The notes under the pieces: model-generated
What the model was told of the DNA's origin: nothing
Seen by the model: only the letters and a program-made list of their open reading frames with translations
Databases searched by the model: none
In this document: positions 37,010 to 51,865 of the stretch, one piece after another
Position numbering within the stretch: position 1 is the first letter of the stretch
Layout: each line of letters begins with the position of its first letter
Made by a program: the position numbers and the translations under genes
Source: Eledone cirrhosa
Taxonomy: Eukaryota
Reading direction: 5' to 3'
DNA: 64,000 bases
Assembly: GCA_964016885.1 (NCBI GenBank)
Contig: OZ024743.1
Location: 264,740,001 to 264,804,000, forward strand

Positions 37010-38740
37010 TCTTTCGATCATCGATAACTGGAGGGTGTCCTCAATCAAGGCAATTGGTTTCAAGCCCGTGTTCAGATGCTGGATCACTGCAATGCACAAC
37101 GGTAACTGCTCGGTGGTCAAAGTTGATAGCCACCTTTCGGAACCGTTTCAGATCTCCCGATCGGTCCGTCAAGGGTGCCCTATCGCTTTTCTTCGGTACG
37201 TATTGACCCTTGGGCCTTTATTGCTGAAGCTGGAGCTGTTGCAAGGCATCCCGCTCGAATCGGGATGCAGAAGGGCTGTGTCAGACACCTCGGAAATCGA
37301 CGTGGTCGATGCTTTCGAGGAGAAATGTAACAAGTTGACAGGAGCGAAACTTAACCCGGAAAAGTCGGTGGGATTGCAGCTCGGCAGGTAGAGAGGCAAG
37401 ACTATGCCGTCCAACAGTGTTGTCGGGCGTTAGACGGAAGGACCGATAAAGCTGCTCGGGGTTTGGTTTGGATAAGAGATCGAGGTGGATAAGAATTGGG
37501 CAGGGTAGCCAGTCTCACCTAAAAATGGGCTGCGAGGTAGCTATCATTGAACTGTCGGGTGGAGATAAACAGTCATGCCTTGCCCTCGTTCGCGCCTCAC
37601 CAAATTGGAGCGGCTCCTCTTCAACTTTTTGTGGAGGGGACAGGTCCTGTTGATGATGCGGTCCATTCGCTGCCAGCACTTTCTACGTGGAAGGTTGTGC
37701 ATGACATGGCTAATTATGCGCAAACATGCGCTGAGGCTGTGTCAACTTCAGATATTCTGCCTGAACGGTGAATAGGTGTCATCGCCGCTTGTCAGACCGG
37801 CCTTTTAGCAGCTTGTCTCTTTGACTGAGCTGCAGTCCTGGGTCAAGAAGAGACCGAAACTGGTTGACTGGCATCTGGAATGTTGCTAGATGCTCACTGT
37901 CCGCTACCAGATGTGCAATGTGGTCAGTGGAACTTCCACTTTCGAGTTTTATAAAAGATTAGTGGTGGGCATCTGTGACAACCCACTCGGAAGACTTTCG
38001 AGCCGGCTACTATGGACAACTTCCAGAAATCCCTCGCTTGGCAGTGCTACTGGAGGACACTGCCGGTTCGAGATAAACTCTACAGGCACGGAAGTGCTGT
38101 CAGACAGACCTGCACAAGGTCCACGCAGAGCGACGAAACTGTTCTGCACGCACTCATCTAGTGTCCGTGCATTGCTGACTTGTGTAGCTATGTCAAAAAG
38201 CTGTTGTCGCGTGTAGAACGGATCCGGCTATCGACCGAGTCTATAGTGAAGATCGAACCGCCGCCCTCTTACGGTCGGAAGAGGCAGGCAATTTTCCTCT
38301 GATTGGTGGCGTTAGCGAAAGAGGAGTGTTGTGGACTAGCTTAAAAGGACTGAAGACAGTCATATTTCTCTTCTGCTAATCCTTCATGAACTTTTTCAAG
38401 TTTCAATTGGAAAAGAAAGTGTGGATGGAGAGAAATGCTGCCCGCAGTACATTTGCTGAAAAGTAGGTGAAGGTAACGAGAGTGAACCGTGTGAATGGGC
38501 CTGCTCTGACCATGTGCCTGTAGGCTGGCTAATTTGAAGAGGAGAGGAGTACCCTTCCTGGGTGCCCTCGAAGCTTAGGGGGTTCAGGATCGGTGAGGTA
38601 CCTGAGGCTGTGTTGTTATCTCTCCTATTGGGGAACTCTGTTATTTGTATATTTATATTTTTATACATTTATACACTATCCCTCTCTATTGTACAGTCCC
38701 CTATTTCTTTCTTGTGGCCAAGAATGAAATTATTATTATA
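37010..38740 (+). mobile_element. Older degraded Tx1 3' fragment with ATT tail
   Basis: SRSVRQGCP, EKSVGLQLG, MDNFQKSLAWQCY similarity to 5720-7360. Ends CTTGTGGCCAAGAATGAAATTATTATT. Confidence 0.9.
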
Positions 38741-38761
38741 TGAATTAAATTATCATCTTTA

Positions 38762-38932
38762 GGGATCTGACGCCATGCTTTGCAACACAGAGTTACGGCT
38801 CTTTATGGTCTGAGTTCAAATACCGCCGAGATTAACTTTGCTTTTCATCCTTACGGAGTCAATAAAATAAAGTACCAGTAATACACTGGTATAATAGCTG
38901 GCCTTGTGCCATAAGCAGAAACAATTATTATT
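38762..38932 (+). mobile_element. SINE family A copy, 5'-truncated, immediately after the Tx1 tail
   Basis: GAGTTCAAATACCGCCGAGATTAACTTTGCTTTTCATCCTTACGG...GGCCTTGTGCCATAAGCAGAAACAATTATT. Confidence 0.88.
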
Positions 38933-39582
38933 ACTCTTGTTTATATGTTTCCCATATTGTGTATATGTTTTTATTACTGTTCCTGCTACTGTTGCTTCTG
39001 TTGTTGTTTTTGCGTATTTTTACTGCTGTCATGATCGTTGATGTTATTGTTAATATTTTCTATTGTGGTGGAGGTGGTGGCTATTGTGGTGTTGCTGTAG
39101 TTGTTGTTTTTACTCGACTAAACACCTCCAGTAATAAAGCGAGAGTGTATTCACTTCTGTACGATGCTGGTGTAGTAGTGGCGGTGGTTGTGGCGTTGAT
39201 GGAATAGTGGTGGCAATGGAGTAGTGCTGGTAGTGTTGATGGGTTAGTGGGTGTTGTTGTTGCTGTTTTTGTGATGTCTCGGTTAAATTTTGTAGCCATA
39301 ACAACGAGTTATTGTTTTGTCTGCGTTGTTTTCTGTAGCCATACGGCCAAGTTCAAGCTACAAAAAATATTATTTTTATCATTGGTATTGGAAACGAGTC
39401 CAAAAATATGAAAGATATATAGAAATAAGTTTATAGAGGAAAATGTCTATACGTATATGAATGTATAGATAATAAGGTATGTATAGGAATATCTAGATTA
39501 TCATGTGTGCCTCAATGTATACGTGCGTCTGTCTGAGCCGAAAAATATTGTTTGTTTGCAATTGTATGTGGACATGTAAATA

Positions 39583-39800
39583 ATGGTTTCTAATTTAGGC
39601 ACAAGGCCAGCAATTCAGAGTGAGGAGAAACTCGAATAAATTGACCCCTGTGCGTTACTGATACATTATTTTATCGATCCCATACGGATGAAAGTCAAAG
39701 CTAACTTCGGCAGGATTTGAACTTAGGGCGTAAATGACCGTAACTATATATCACAAATTATGTTGTCCGACATTCTACTGATATTACAAATTCACCACCC
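39583..39800 (-). mobile_element. SINE family A copy
   Basis: GGCACAAGGCCAGCAAT...TTTTATCGATCCCATACGGATGAAAG...GGATTTGAACT. Confidence 0.82.
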
Positions 39801-40334
39801 TTAGACATGTAATAATACCTAGAAAAGCAAGTATGGGTATGTGATTGTCTGCACATGGGTGCTCGAGAAGGAGTGAACATGTGTTTCTGAGCGTGTATGA
39901 ACTTATTAATAAAAATGTGTATCATATTGTATGGATTTGTTTGACTTTGGGAGCATGTATGAATGGTCTGTAGAAAGAACTATATAATGTTCTATATGAA
40001 TATCAATAATATGTCCCTGTTTATGAATTTATGTATCTTAAAGGTGTCGTGAAAGTCATTTAATTGGGTTGAACACCAAAAATCTTAGAATGTACAGGAT
40101 TCCTTCAAATCCTGATATATTTATAATGGAGAAATACAATGGTAATTTATTTTGAAAATCTTGGAAAATCTACTTCAGAATTTTTCTCGTATTACTTTCC
40201 GAAATACACAAGTTCCATTGTATAGATTTATATAAATATATATATATATATTTTTTGCATATATACAAAACTAGATTACACGCACACAAAAGTACCTGCA
40301 AACACACACACGCACACAAACACACACACATAAC

Positions 40335-40560
<226 letters not shown>

Positions 40561-41054
40561 ATAGAAGTATTCAGTTTCCTTTAGTGTAATCAATTATCCT
40601 AGAGTAATTATGTAACAAATAACTGAATACGCTTACACTCAACGGTCGAATTATTTCTTTTGGTAAATCCTATTGCAGTTCCACTATAGGGTTCCAAATG
40701 TAACAATTTACGGAGTGTACATAGAAATTTACAAAAAATGTTATTTAAAACTCCATATTTCGGAAGTGTGAAATCATACTTTTTTGCATAATACTGACAC
40801 GTATTTCGTTGTATGTGTTATATAAGCAGTTTAGGATCGTTAGCATTTGACTCCTTCAATCAAATTATATCGAATGCAACTATTCTATTTAGACATAACA
40901 GATTTTCGAAGTAAAAATAGACACTACAAAATTTTACTTAGAAAACGTTGTGTGTATATATGTTAGAGATCGTAGACTGATTATAAAACGTATAGAAAGA
41001 AATACGTGTCAGTCTCACTCTTCTGGAACGTGGTGCTTTAAACAATAACTCATG

Positions 41055-41250
<196 letters not shown>

Positions 41251-42049
41251 TAAAATGAGAACATTTCGGTCTTCACCACGTAAGCAATTCAAAACAAATG
41301 AAATAGTCTTCCGAAGGTTAATGTTCTTGCTATTAAGGATATTAAACGCAGCAGAGCATCAATATTTAAAGTAAAGAGAAATAAGGATTTTAAATTAAAT
41401 CCGTCTTTAATATCACAATCGTTTCTTTACAGGTGATGATAGTCTTACATGCATAAGCAAACAGTGTATCAATCAGTTATAACTAATTAGCAATTATTTA
41501 CACAATATACAAACCATCTGCTTATCATCAGGATTATTAAGACGGACTAAATTTTATAAAAACTCATATAAAGAACATTGGCATTAGCAAATGCTGAATA
41601 TGGGCTAGTAATGAAGAAAATAAGCGAGGCGTGCTACAAGCGAGGCGTGTAATTATGGTAAATCAGTATCTTTTTTAGGCTTAGGCTTAAGGTAGCATAG
41701 ATTATTTCATATAAGTGTTAGAAGAACATACATTGGTGATTCGAAACAGCATACAGAAAAAGTTCAAAATCCACAAACAGTCCAAAATCAACAACAATAG
41801 TTAAGTAGTTTTTGCATTAATAAATGTTCAATAGGTCAGTACATAATTATTATTAGTCAAGTTACTCACTCTTATATAAGAGAAAATCAGGAGTAGAAAC
41901 CATAAACTGGCTTGATAATAAACAGGGTACTGAGTTATGATATCTAGCGGCAAATTCAAATCAGAAAAACGGGCGATGTTAGCGGAGCAATGAATTTGGC
42001 GTAAATTAGTCTGACACTTTATGTCCTGTATTAGATATCCTGGGAATGG

Positions 42050-42230
42050 AGTGTCGATAATGTCGGTACTGCCTTGTGCAAAATCCTTTGCAGTAATTAG
42101 TTACGCTTTCTATATTCTGAGTTCACATCACGTCGAGTTGAACTTTGCATTCCATTGTTCAGCGGTCGATAAAATAAAGTACCAGTTAAGAATTTGGTGG
42201 ATAGATACACCCTCCCCCTTCATCCAACTT
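42050..42230 (+). mobile_element. Degraded SINE family A copy
   Basis: CTGAGTTCACATCACGTCGAGTTGAACTTTGCATTCCATT...GTCGATAAAATAAAGTACCAG. Confidence 0.7.
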
Positions 42231-42344
42231 GTTTATGTGTTAATGCTATTGTTACTGTCAATCTCTTACAAATGTTGTTCTTAGAGATTTGGTACATCCT
42301 GTATTCTTGTTTAATTCTTCAATGTAACAAAAACAAACAAAAAC

Positions 42345-42432
<88 letters not shown>

Positions 42433-43018
42433 TAATTCATGTCCTTAGAATCATAGATAAAATATATATAATATTTCCTCTCCCAATTAGCATAATTAAC
42501 CATATAAAAATTACAAATTAGACTAGGCTATAAGAATAAAGGCTCCTATGGAGGAATATTTGATAAACAACCGAAAGCGGCCTCTTCGCAGTTGACCACA
42601 ATAGAGTATTTACCCAACATTTCAACAGCATGTAGAAACTGACCAATTATACCGTCAACCATACACAATTAGGTATACATTTAAAGTTAGAAGAAATGCA
42701 TACATACCGTAATTATATCCCTACCATGGTTTCGTTCGATTTTGAGATATTCTATTAAGGATAAATCTCGAGTATCGAACTCATCAGGAGACAAACTCAA
42801 TAGGACAGTTAATTTTCCCGCCAGAAATAGATTTAAAAAATGGCTAAGAATCGTGACGTGGCAGTGGTCAAGTTAGAAATAATGTGATTAGTTGTTTACG
42901 GCGAGTAGGCTGGTTGCTAGAAAGCGCAGGCCAATATCACCCAAATTGCATCTCAACCCAACGGCAGATTATTAAATATAAAGATTTGCATATACATAAA
43001 GTCACAGATATATAAAAA

Positions 43019-43113
43019 TTAAAATTTAATGTTGAGTGTTGAAAAGGACTGTTCATCTTTCTTGTTTCGAAGATTGGGTCTAAAATGGAACATAATATAT
43101 ATATAAGTATATA

Positions 43114-43168
<55 letters not shown>

Positions 43169-43900
43169 CTTTATTATAATTGTGATGGGATCAAAACTTA
43201 GAAAAATATTTTGGGGGACACATGTATTTACACACACACACACATATATATATATATTATATACTTATAATAGAATAATCGAGTATCGGAAAATCAGCTC
43301 ACGAATTAACGATAAACAATATCCGATATGAGTGGCAGAGGGCTCAATAATTTGGATAAATCAGAGCTATAACCATCGTTAAATTACCAACACAAAGATT
43401 ATGCCTAAAATCACCCGTACAGCGGAAAAAGAACGACCAGGAAGATTCGGGTCACTCAAATAAAATATCAATAAATCAATAATTTAAATGAATGTAAAAA
43501 ACTTACCCGGACCCGTTAGAAGGGTGTTAAATCTAGCTTCTTGGGTTTCTGCAATTCCTTAATCCATTCACTATCAGCCCACATAAAAAATATATAAGAC
43601 TTCTAGATATATATAAGGTTCCATTTTAAACCCAATCTTCGAAACAAGAAAGATGAACAGGCCTTTTCAACACGCAATATTTAAATTTTAATTTTTGATT
43701 CTTTTTAATTGTAATATTCAACATTTGATAAGATGGTTTACACTGATACATCGAAACCGGTCATACTTTATATAATTTATATACATTATAAACACCTTTT
43801 TAAAAAAAAAAGAATTGTCCCTCTCATCTTTTCAATGATGTCAATGTCGATTTGACGAATCAAAAACGAAATAGAAAAAGAAAAGAGATCCTTAAATATA
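43019..43900. mobile_element. Probable Penelope terminal remnant with ~75-bp inverted repeats and a decayed hammerhead
   Basis: 43019-43090 is the reverse complement of 43618-43690. TTGATAA GATG..CATC GAAA CCGG TC at 43725-43762. Confidence 0.55.
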
Positions 43901-43911
43901 TACATATATAA

Positions 43912-44326
43912 TAATAATAATTGTTTCTTATATAGGCACAAGGCCAGCAATTACCCAGTGTATTACTGGTACTTTATTTTTATCGACCCCATAAGGATGA
44001 AAGGCAAAGTTAACCTCGGCGGGATTTGAACTCAGAATGGCAAGGGCCGTAACTCTATGCGTCAAAGCATGGCGTCCGACCCTCTACCGATACTGCCAAT
44101 CCACTGGCCATATACATATATAATAATAATAATTGTTTCTTATATACGCACAAGGCCAGCAATTTTGGCGGAGGGGAAAGTCGATTAAATCGACCCCAGG
44201 GCGTGACCCCGTAAGGATGAAAGGCATAGTTAACCTCGACGGGATTTGAACTCAATTCATAAAGGACTGTAACTCTATGCGTCAAAGTATGGCGTCTGAC
44301 CCTCTGCCGATACTGCCAATCCACCA
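43912..44326 (-). mobile_element. Two tandem SINE family A copies (43912-44109, 44121-44326)
   Basis: Each has an (AAT)n end, CACAAGGCCAGCAATT, AAGGATGAAAGGCA, GGGATTTGAACTCA and GATACTGCCAATCCAC. Confidence 0.92.
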
Positions 44327-44349
44327 ATAATAATAGTGAGTAAATATAC

Positions 44350-44400
<51 letters not shown>

Positions 44401-44421
44401 TGTGTGTGTGTGTGTGTGTAA

Positions 44422-44465
<44 letters not shown>

Positions 44466-45374
44466 TAGTGTGTGCGCGTATGATTTTAATTCAAATTTCT
44501 TTTACTGTCTCAAGTTATTCTCTTTTCTTTTCGTATACTTCAGCATTCTTCAAAAGAATTAACGCAACTTGAATTTCTGTCAAACTTCATTTTTCCTCCG
44601 ATACTTTTTGAATATGTTTCTATTTACTTAAATAAAACCACTGAAGTAATGGAAGAAAGTGGAAAGATAAAATTAGAAAGGTGTATTGTTAATACATTTA
44701 TGTGGACTCCTTGTCCAATCTCTCTTTCCCATTGTCTTCATTTTACCCCATGTCTTTCCGTCAGCGATCGATATTGCTTACACTTATTCTCTATCTGTAT
44801 TCATTTGTTTCACTTACCCGCATCATGCTCTATCTCAATTTTTACATTCTGTTTCTATGTTCCGCACCTCCCTCTGATTTGACTTCTATATCAATATGTG
44901 TCAATTTTACTCATCTCACACTCAAACCTCAGTATATCTCAATATCCCTCATATCTAACTCCTCTTTGTCTATATTTATAAGTCTCATATTTCACCCACC
45001 TAGATTTCACACTCTTATACTCTAATAGGTTCCCCACTTCCCTTCTTAATAGTCTGTCATTCAACTTATTGCTCTCTAATATTAATCCTTCTAATTTCTA
45101 TTCTATTCAACTTTCTTACTTCCAAACTTGAGTCATTTGAACACTCTCCACTTCTATATGCATATATCTCCTTATTGAATTACCCATATCTTTACTGTTT
45201 ATCAAAGTACGCACGGATTTGTTAGTGTGTCTCAGTAATCGTTTGTGCACTGAGGAGTGTATATGTACTTGTGCAGATATCCACACTTTGTTGTAAATTT
45301 GCTTATAAAGTAGTATATCTAATAGATATATATAACTATCATGTATTAGACAGACTGACACAGAAACTTATATA

Positions 45375-45376
45375 TA

Positions 45377-45450
<74 letters not shown>

Positions 45451-45566
45451 TATATATATGTATATGTGTGTGTGTATGTGCATGTATATATATCTATATA
45501 CATATATATATGCATATATATATATGCATATATATATGAATATATATATGTACGTGTGTGTGTGTA

Positions 45567-45598
<32 letters not shown>

Positions 45599-45840
45599 TG
45601 TGCTTGTGTGCGTGTATTTTGAATCTGATTGTATGGTTGTTGTTTAGTCTGTAATATTTATGTTTCGTATTTCTAATTAAATATATCTGTACGAATGATA
45701 ATATCGTTTATTTTATTCTCTGACATATGTCAGTGTTTGTATATGTAGAATTCTATTTTATTGTTGGAGGGAGACCTGTGCATGTATATTATCAATGTGT
45801 CTATTTTGCGTCTGCAATGTTTATTTCGTATTCCCGTTAT

Positions 45841-45931
<91 letters not shown>

Positions 45932-45956
45932 CACACACATACACACACACACACAC

Positions 45957-46008
<52 letters not shown>
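45375..46008. repeat. (TA)n/(GT)n tract 45375-45610 and (CA)n tract 45842-46008
   Basis: Tandem tracts. Confidence 0.95.
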
Positions 46009-46013
<5 letters not shown>

Positions 46014-46134
46014 TTTATCTATATTCTTGATCAATACTTTGGTTATTTTGAAGCATTCTCATCCAACACGTTGTATACGTATAATCGGTTATACTACGTT
46101 AATCAAAGCATATATATATACGTGTATCTGTCGC

Positions 46135-46480
46135 CGCCGTCGTCGTCGTCGTCGTCTTCTTCTTCTTCTTCTTCTTCTTCTTCTTCTTCTTCTTCTTCTT
46201 CTTCTTCTTCTTCTTCTTCGTCTTCTTCTTGGCCCACTGGGAGGGTCGTGGGAGAAGCATCCACAAACATCCATTTCAACGTGTCCTGTCGGAAGCAATC
46301 GTCTCCAACTGATCCAGCTGGATCCCCAAGCGTGACCAGAAGCTAATGGATGTTATCCAACCATCTTGTTCGGGATCTACCCCTGGGTCACTTGCCGGTT
46401 GATTTTGCCCGTAAAATCTGTCCAGTGATTCTTTACTGAGTTATTCTACCCACATGCCCATAGTATCGGAGCTCCGATAC
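46135..46480 (-). mobile_element. RTE-type LINE 3' fragment ending in an (AAG)n tail
   Basis: Minus-strand LRYYGHVGR...STGK*PRGRSRTRWLDNI, then (CTT)n at 46155-46230 on the plus strand. Confidence 0.72.
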
Positions 46481-47334
46481 TATATGAATGTGTAACTACC
46501 CAAACATAAACGCTTGTCTCCTTGACACCGTGTCGAACAAATGAGATTCATCACACATACTTTCCTCAATTTCATACGAGTGAGACAATTCTAGTCCTGT
46601 AGAATTCATTGCCATGTAAAATGAAGTTACTTTACTCTATTAATATATTTATACTAATAACCATCGCGAATCTACGCAGTACATATATATATGTGTGTGC
46701 CTGCGTGTGGGTGTGTGTTTGTGTGCGTGTGTATTTATATGTGTTCTTGTGTATGTATTTGTGTGTGTGCACATAGGGAGAGAGAAAGAGAGTATTTTCT
46801 GTTATTAATATTCTAGTTTGGTGTAAAATGTACCACAAAGTAAATAGGGAAACCTGTTGTGGAATGCAATGGAAATATTCATTTCGAAAAGTTTAGATGA
46901 CTTCGAATATTCAAATTCCCTAAAAGCAATTATCAGCTCTTGTGTGTGTATTTTCCTATCTCATTTTTATTTGCATTGTGTAATATAGTCAGTTGCAAAT
47001 ACATATTTTGGAAGATGCGTTGTAAGCCACTGGGAAAGTTTTGTATTTGATATTCAATGTTCCAAAATCATAATGTTTGAAGCGTTTTATATTTGCAAAA
47101 GATATTGTAAACTAAATTTATCATCCAAATGTTGTCCAACAGCTTGTAACTTTCTTGTTTAATAGAATGTTTCAATATTCTTCATATTTTTTTTATTATT
47201 AATGACAAGGTATGATTGCTTCTAATGCATGTTGTATTGTTTAATTAACTCTATAGGCATGATTCGTATTCTTCGTATATTAGACTCAAAGTTATGTATG
47301 TTTGTTTTCACAAGCTTGTTTGTATGTTGTATTT

Positions 47335-47471
<137 letters not shown>

Positions 47472-47832
47472 CATATGTATATATAGAAAGTTATATTTGT
47501 ATGGGGGCGTTGAGTGTGTCTGTGTGTCTGTTTCCGCAATATTGGCAACAAGTACAACATTCCGAGATTGTACGGCATCGAAAAGTACGTGCACACGTTT
47601 GACTTTACCGATAGTACTGCTAGTCTAGGCAGCTCTTGTGTGTGTGTGTTTTCCTGTCGCATTTTTATTTACATTGTGTAATATGATCAGTTGCAAATAC
47701 ATATTTTGGAAGATGTGTTGTCAGCCGCTGTCTTTGGAATATATTTCTAATATATATATATGTATATATATATATATTTCGTTTCTGAATTTGTTTTGCA
47801 AGATTCTTTATCTGAAAACGTGTGTTGAAACC

Positions 47833-48656
47833 GATATTGTTATACTTTTGGAGGGTCATGTTGCCAATAAGAAACACACGCACTACTTGCTTTCACTCAA
47901 ATTTATTATAAATTAAATTCATAAATTTAAGAATTTATAAATACTATGTTTCTAGAAACATAGTATATAGCATAAGATGTTCTGAAGGACAATGTAAAGA
48001 TAAGAATATAGTGTACATAGGTGAGACAGCTCGTAGTATAGGAGAACGATTAAATGAACACTGGCGAGAGCTTCAAGATAGAAAAGATTTATCAGTACTC
48101 CACCAACATGCTAAAATAGAACATAAGGGTAAATTAGAGAACATAGAAATCAAAATAAAATCTACACACAGAAAAGACGCAATGTTTAGACAAATCACAG
48201 AGGCAATAAACATAAATGAACTCCAACCAAAATTAAATAGAAAACATGAATGGAATAGCAACATCACAACTTACAATTAAGGACAAAATGAAAACAGACA
48301 CACAAAGAACACACACCGAACCAGTAACATGTACATAAACAAATAAACACACACACAGACACCCGGATGTAACACATGCGCAAACTAAGAACACAACACA
48401 CACAAAAACAAGATGGCGTAGGACAGAACAAAGGAGAGGCACAAAACAAAGAGAAGAATCCCCAGTCACTGAAGAGATCACAGCATGTGTGAAAGAACTT
48501 TGACAATATATGAACAACCGTCCGGTTGTGGAACCAACCAACCGGAAATTTATAAATTCTTAAATTTATAAATTTAATTTATAATAAATTGGAGTGAAAG
48601 CAACTGGTGAGTATGTTTCTTATTGGAAACATGACCCTCCCAAAGTATAACAATAT
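47833..48656 (+). mobile_element. 5'-truncated Penelope-like element (GIY-YIG + pLTR) with an inverted terminal segment
   Basis: NIVYSIRC..VYIGETARSIGERLNEH..HAKIEH..EAINI..PKLN (47957-48280). 47833-47942 is inverted at 48548-48656. Hammerhead-like motif at 48465-48504. Confidence 0.85.
48465..48504 (+). ncRNA. Hammerhead-like motif, partly decayed
   Basis: GTCA CTGAAGA GATCACA GCA TGTGT GAAA GAAC TT|TGAC. Related decayed motifs at 62627-62669 (+) and 55289-55331 (-). Confidence 0.55.
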
Positions 48657-48755
48657 ATATATATATATAAACAAATAGTAGAAAGGAAAAATATTTTATC
48701 CGAAGAAAATGTTGAACAGATATCTCTAGCGAAATTTGAAAGCATTAATTTATTT

Positions 48756-48793
48756 ACAATACCGGTTTCAGCATTAAATGCATTGTCAATTGC
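48756..48793 (-). ncRNA. Minimal hammerhead ribozyme with U3-A8 core
   Basis: GCAA TTGACAA TGCA TTTAA TGCT GAAA CCGG TA|TTGT. Confidence 0.65.
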
Positions 48794-50262
48794 GGATATT
48801 CAGAATATTGTTAAGCTGCATATTTGTACAAATAGTGAAAATAATGATAATAACAAAAAATAAGATACGTGGTCCTTCAAAGAAGAAAGTCATTTTGTCA
48901 GTCCATCCTTCTCTGATAATGGCTTTGTTGTGACTGAAGAGGGTAGAAACAGAAGGGGAGAGGAGAAGAAGGATGAGGGGGGATAGGGTAAGGTTGTTTT
49001 GGCTGCAGATTGCTATGTGGGACACTTTGAATAGTGATTACAAGGAATAGCTGGGATTGATGTGAAAGGCTGGGTGTCCTTAGAGTTGACCGTTGGGGTG
49101 CTTCTAAAAATATCTATCTTGGTATTTTGGAAATCATCAACATTTATCTTGTTTGTTTTTTTGCCACAAAGAAGATTTAGAGTTATTGAAATATTAATTC
49201 CATCCCTAGCAGTAATTGTAGATTTAGGGGGATTGAGAACATTTTGCTACAAAGAGGGGTTCAGAGCAACTAGGATACCCATTCTATCTTCAGCAGAAGT
49301 TTTCAGATTCAGCGGAATGTAAAGCATTTAGTTTCGCACCTGAATGTTTCCATTCGTCCGATAATCTTCATGGAGGTCCTCCAGGATTTGTTGATGTGGG
49401 TGTTACTATGTGGTTGTTTGGTCTGCATTATATAGTTGTCAGAGATTGCTGCACTCTTGTCTAGTGTGTTGATTTTAAAGTATGCCAGCTTTGGTTTAGT
49501 CCGAAGTGGAAGCATTTAGAAGCGGTTTGTATTTGACGATAAATTGTGATTCCTTGCTAATGCATTGGATGTAGGAAGCGTTGTATTTGAATTTGTATAT
49601 GGGAAAAATTCTAAAATTGGATTGTTCATTAGATGCGCAAGTTGCGATGTGTTGACTGTATTCCAGTATTTTGATTTGGGATCTATGGGCGTTCATACGT
49701 TGTCGGAGGCTGTTTTTTGTCTGTCCTCTGTAGTTATCTCGACAACTTGAGCAGGTCAACACATAGATCAAATTTTCTGATGCACATGTGGAATTGCACT
49801 TAACCTTTAAGTGTTCTCCTTGTTTGAAGATTTCCGATCCCTCTATTAGATTGGTACATATACCTCAATTGGGTCTTCCGCACTTTTTTTACTGTAGGCT
49901 TCATTGTGGGGGTTGGGTGGACTTTGGCCTGTGTAAGGATTTGTTTTATTGATTTAAGCTGTCTTTTGCAATTTATGATATTGTGCGTTCGGGGGATTTG
50001 TTAATTCTTAGGTCTCCTTTTAGTAAAGGTATGTGCTGCAGGATGGTGTCGAATGCCTCGTTTTTAAGGGGGTTGCGTGTGGAGATATATGGTAGAGTTT
50101 TCAGTTTTGATTCATTCCTTGGTTTGGGGTGTCTAATTTCCTGTATGTTGAGTTTTAGGGCACGTTGGAATCCATTGTTGATTAGGGATGGTGGGCAATT
50201 CCTGCTAATAATTATTTTCAGTATTTGTACAAATATGCAACTTAACAATATTCTGCATATCC

Positions 50263-50300
50263 GCAATTGACAATGCATTTAATACTGAAACCGGTATTGT
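50263..50300 (+). ncRNA. Second copy of the U3-A8 hammerhead in the inverted repeat (one stem II mismatch)
   Basis: GCAA TTGACAA TGCATTTAATACT GAAA CCGG TA|TTGT. Confidence 0.55.
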
Positions 50301-50423
50301 AAATAAATTAATGCATTCAAATTTCACTAAAAATGTCTATTCAACATTTTCTACAGAAAAGAATCTATTTCCTTTCTACTATTTGTTTTTATATACATCA
50401 ACTCGTGTGTTACCTTTCTACAT

Positions 50424-50472
<49 letters not shown>

Positions 50473-50610
50473 CTACACGTTTTCCTACTCACCCTCTCCA
50501 TTATATTTAGTTTGTCATGTTAGTACTTATGGTATATAAATATTGAGTTTTGTTATCACTGCCAAGACTTGAACCATCAGCACTGTTGAGGTATGTCATA
50601 CATCAATTTA

Positions 50611-50678
50611 TATGTTTTATCTGATGAGGACGTACTGAGGAAACAGCACAGTACCTCCGAAATATACATAATAACATA
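50611..50678 (+). ncRNA. Type I hammerhead ribozyme with canonical core, in an isolated ~250-bp insert between (TA)n tracts
   Basis: TATGTTTTAT CTGATGA GGA C GTACTG (11-nt loop) CAGTAC C TCC GAAA TATACA TA|ATAACATA. Confidence 0.8.
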
Positions 50679-50714
50679 TATTTGATTACATGAATGTCTA
50701 TATTTATTATTTTG

Positions 50715-51010
<296 letters not shown>

Positions 51011-51197
51011 CCTACACGGACACATTACAGCGTGGACTGTGTTTTTTTTTGTCTTGACACCTACACGACGTCATTTGTTTCGAACTGGATGTTGTGGTAC
51101 CAACATAACTTTACATTGAAAGGTTGGTGTGGATGGGGTGAAGGTTATGTGAGACGGCGGTGTATTTTTGTTAGAGGTGCCCACTGACTGTAGTGTA

Positions 51198-51232
<35 letters not shown>

Positions 51233-51865
51233 TATATGATAAAGTTATATCTGTATAAATACAGATTTTATAACCGACAGTGCGCCAACTTATATAAATA
51301 TATATACATACCAAGGGCGGTGCCCCAGCATGGCCTCAGCCGGATGGCTGAAACAGGTAAAAGAGAATACCTAACTTGTAGGTATGTAAACATGGCAGTA
51401 ATTACGAGTTGAACCTGATCTGTTAACTGACATCTACAGAGAGAAGAAGACTTTCAGTTGCTAGCCTTTTTGTGAGAAGAGTGAATGAGGGAGTGAGAGA
51501 AAGAAGGGGAAATAATCAGTTATATGTGTGTTTGTATATGTGGGGGTAGAAACTTATATAGAGAGGGTGGGATAGAGAAATGGACAGAGAGAGAAAGAGA
51601 GGGAGAGAAAGAAACAAACAGAAAAGAAGAAAAGATGATGAAATGCATTAACTCAAAATGTAAAAAATGAAAAGAGATCAGATAAGGTTTCATATTGTAA
51701 ACGTAATTTGAAAGTTTGCAATCACCACTGCTGCCACCAACACAACCACATCTGTTATCACTACCGACACCATAAACACAACTTTTAGCACCATTTCACT
51801 AATATTACTCCTACCACTACCAATAACCTCATCATCATCATCACTATAACCAGTGTTATCACTAC

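Larger units (their letters stand above)
48669..50390 (-). mobile_element. Truncated Penelope-like element (RT C-terminus + GIY-YIG) between ~180-bp inverted pLTR segments
   Basis: IYVLTCSSCRDNYRGQTKNSLRQRMNAH..H..KESQFIVKYKPLLN (49496-49771); PPSLINNGF..LPYIST (49973-50200). 48669-48850 is inverted at 50207-50390. Confidence 0.88.
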
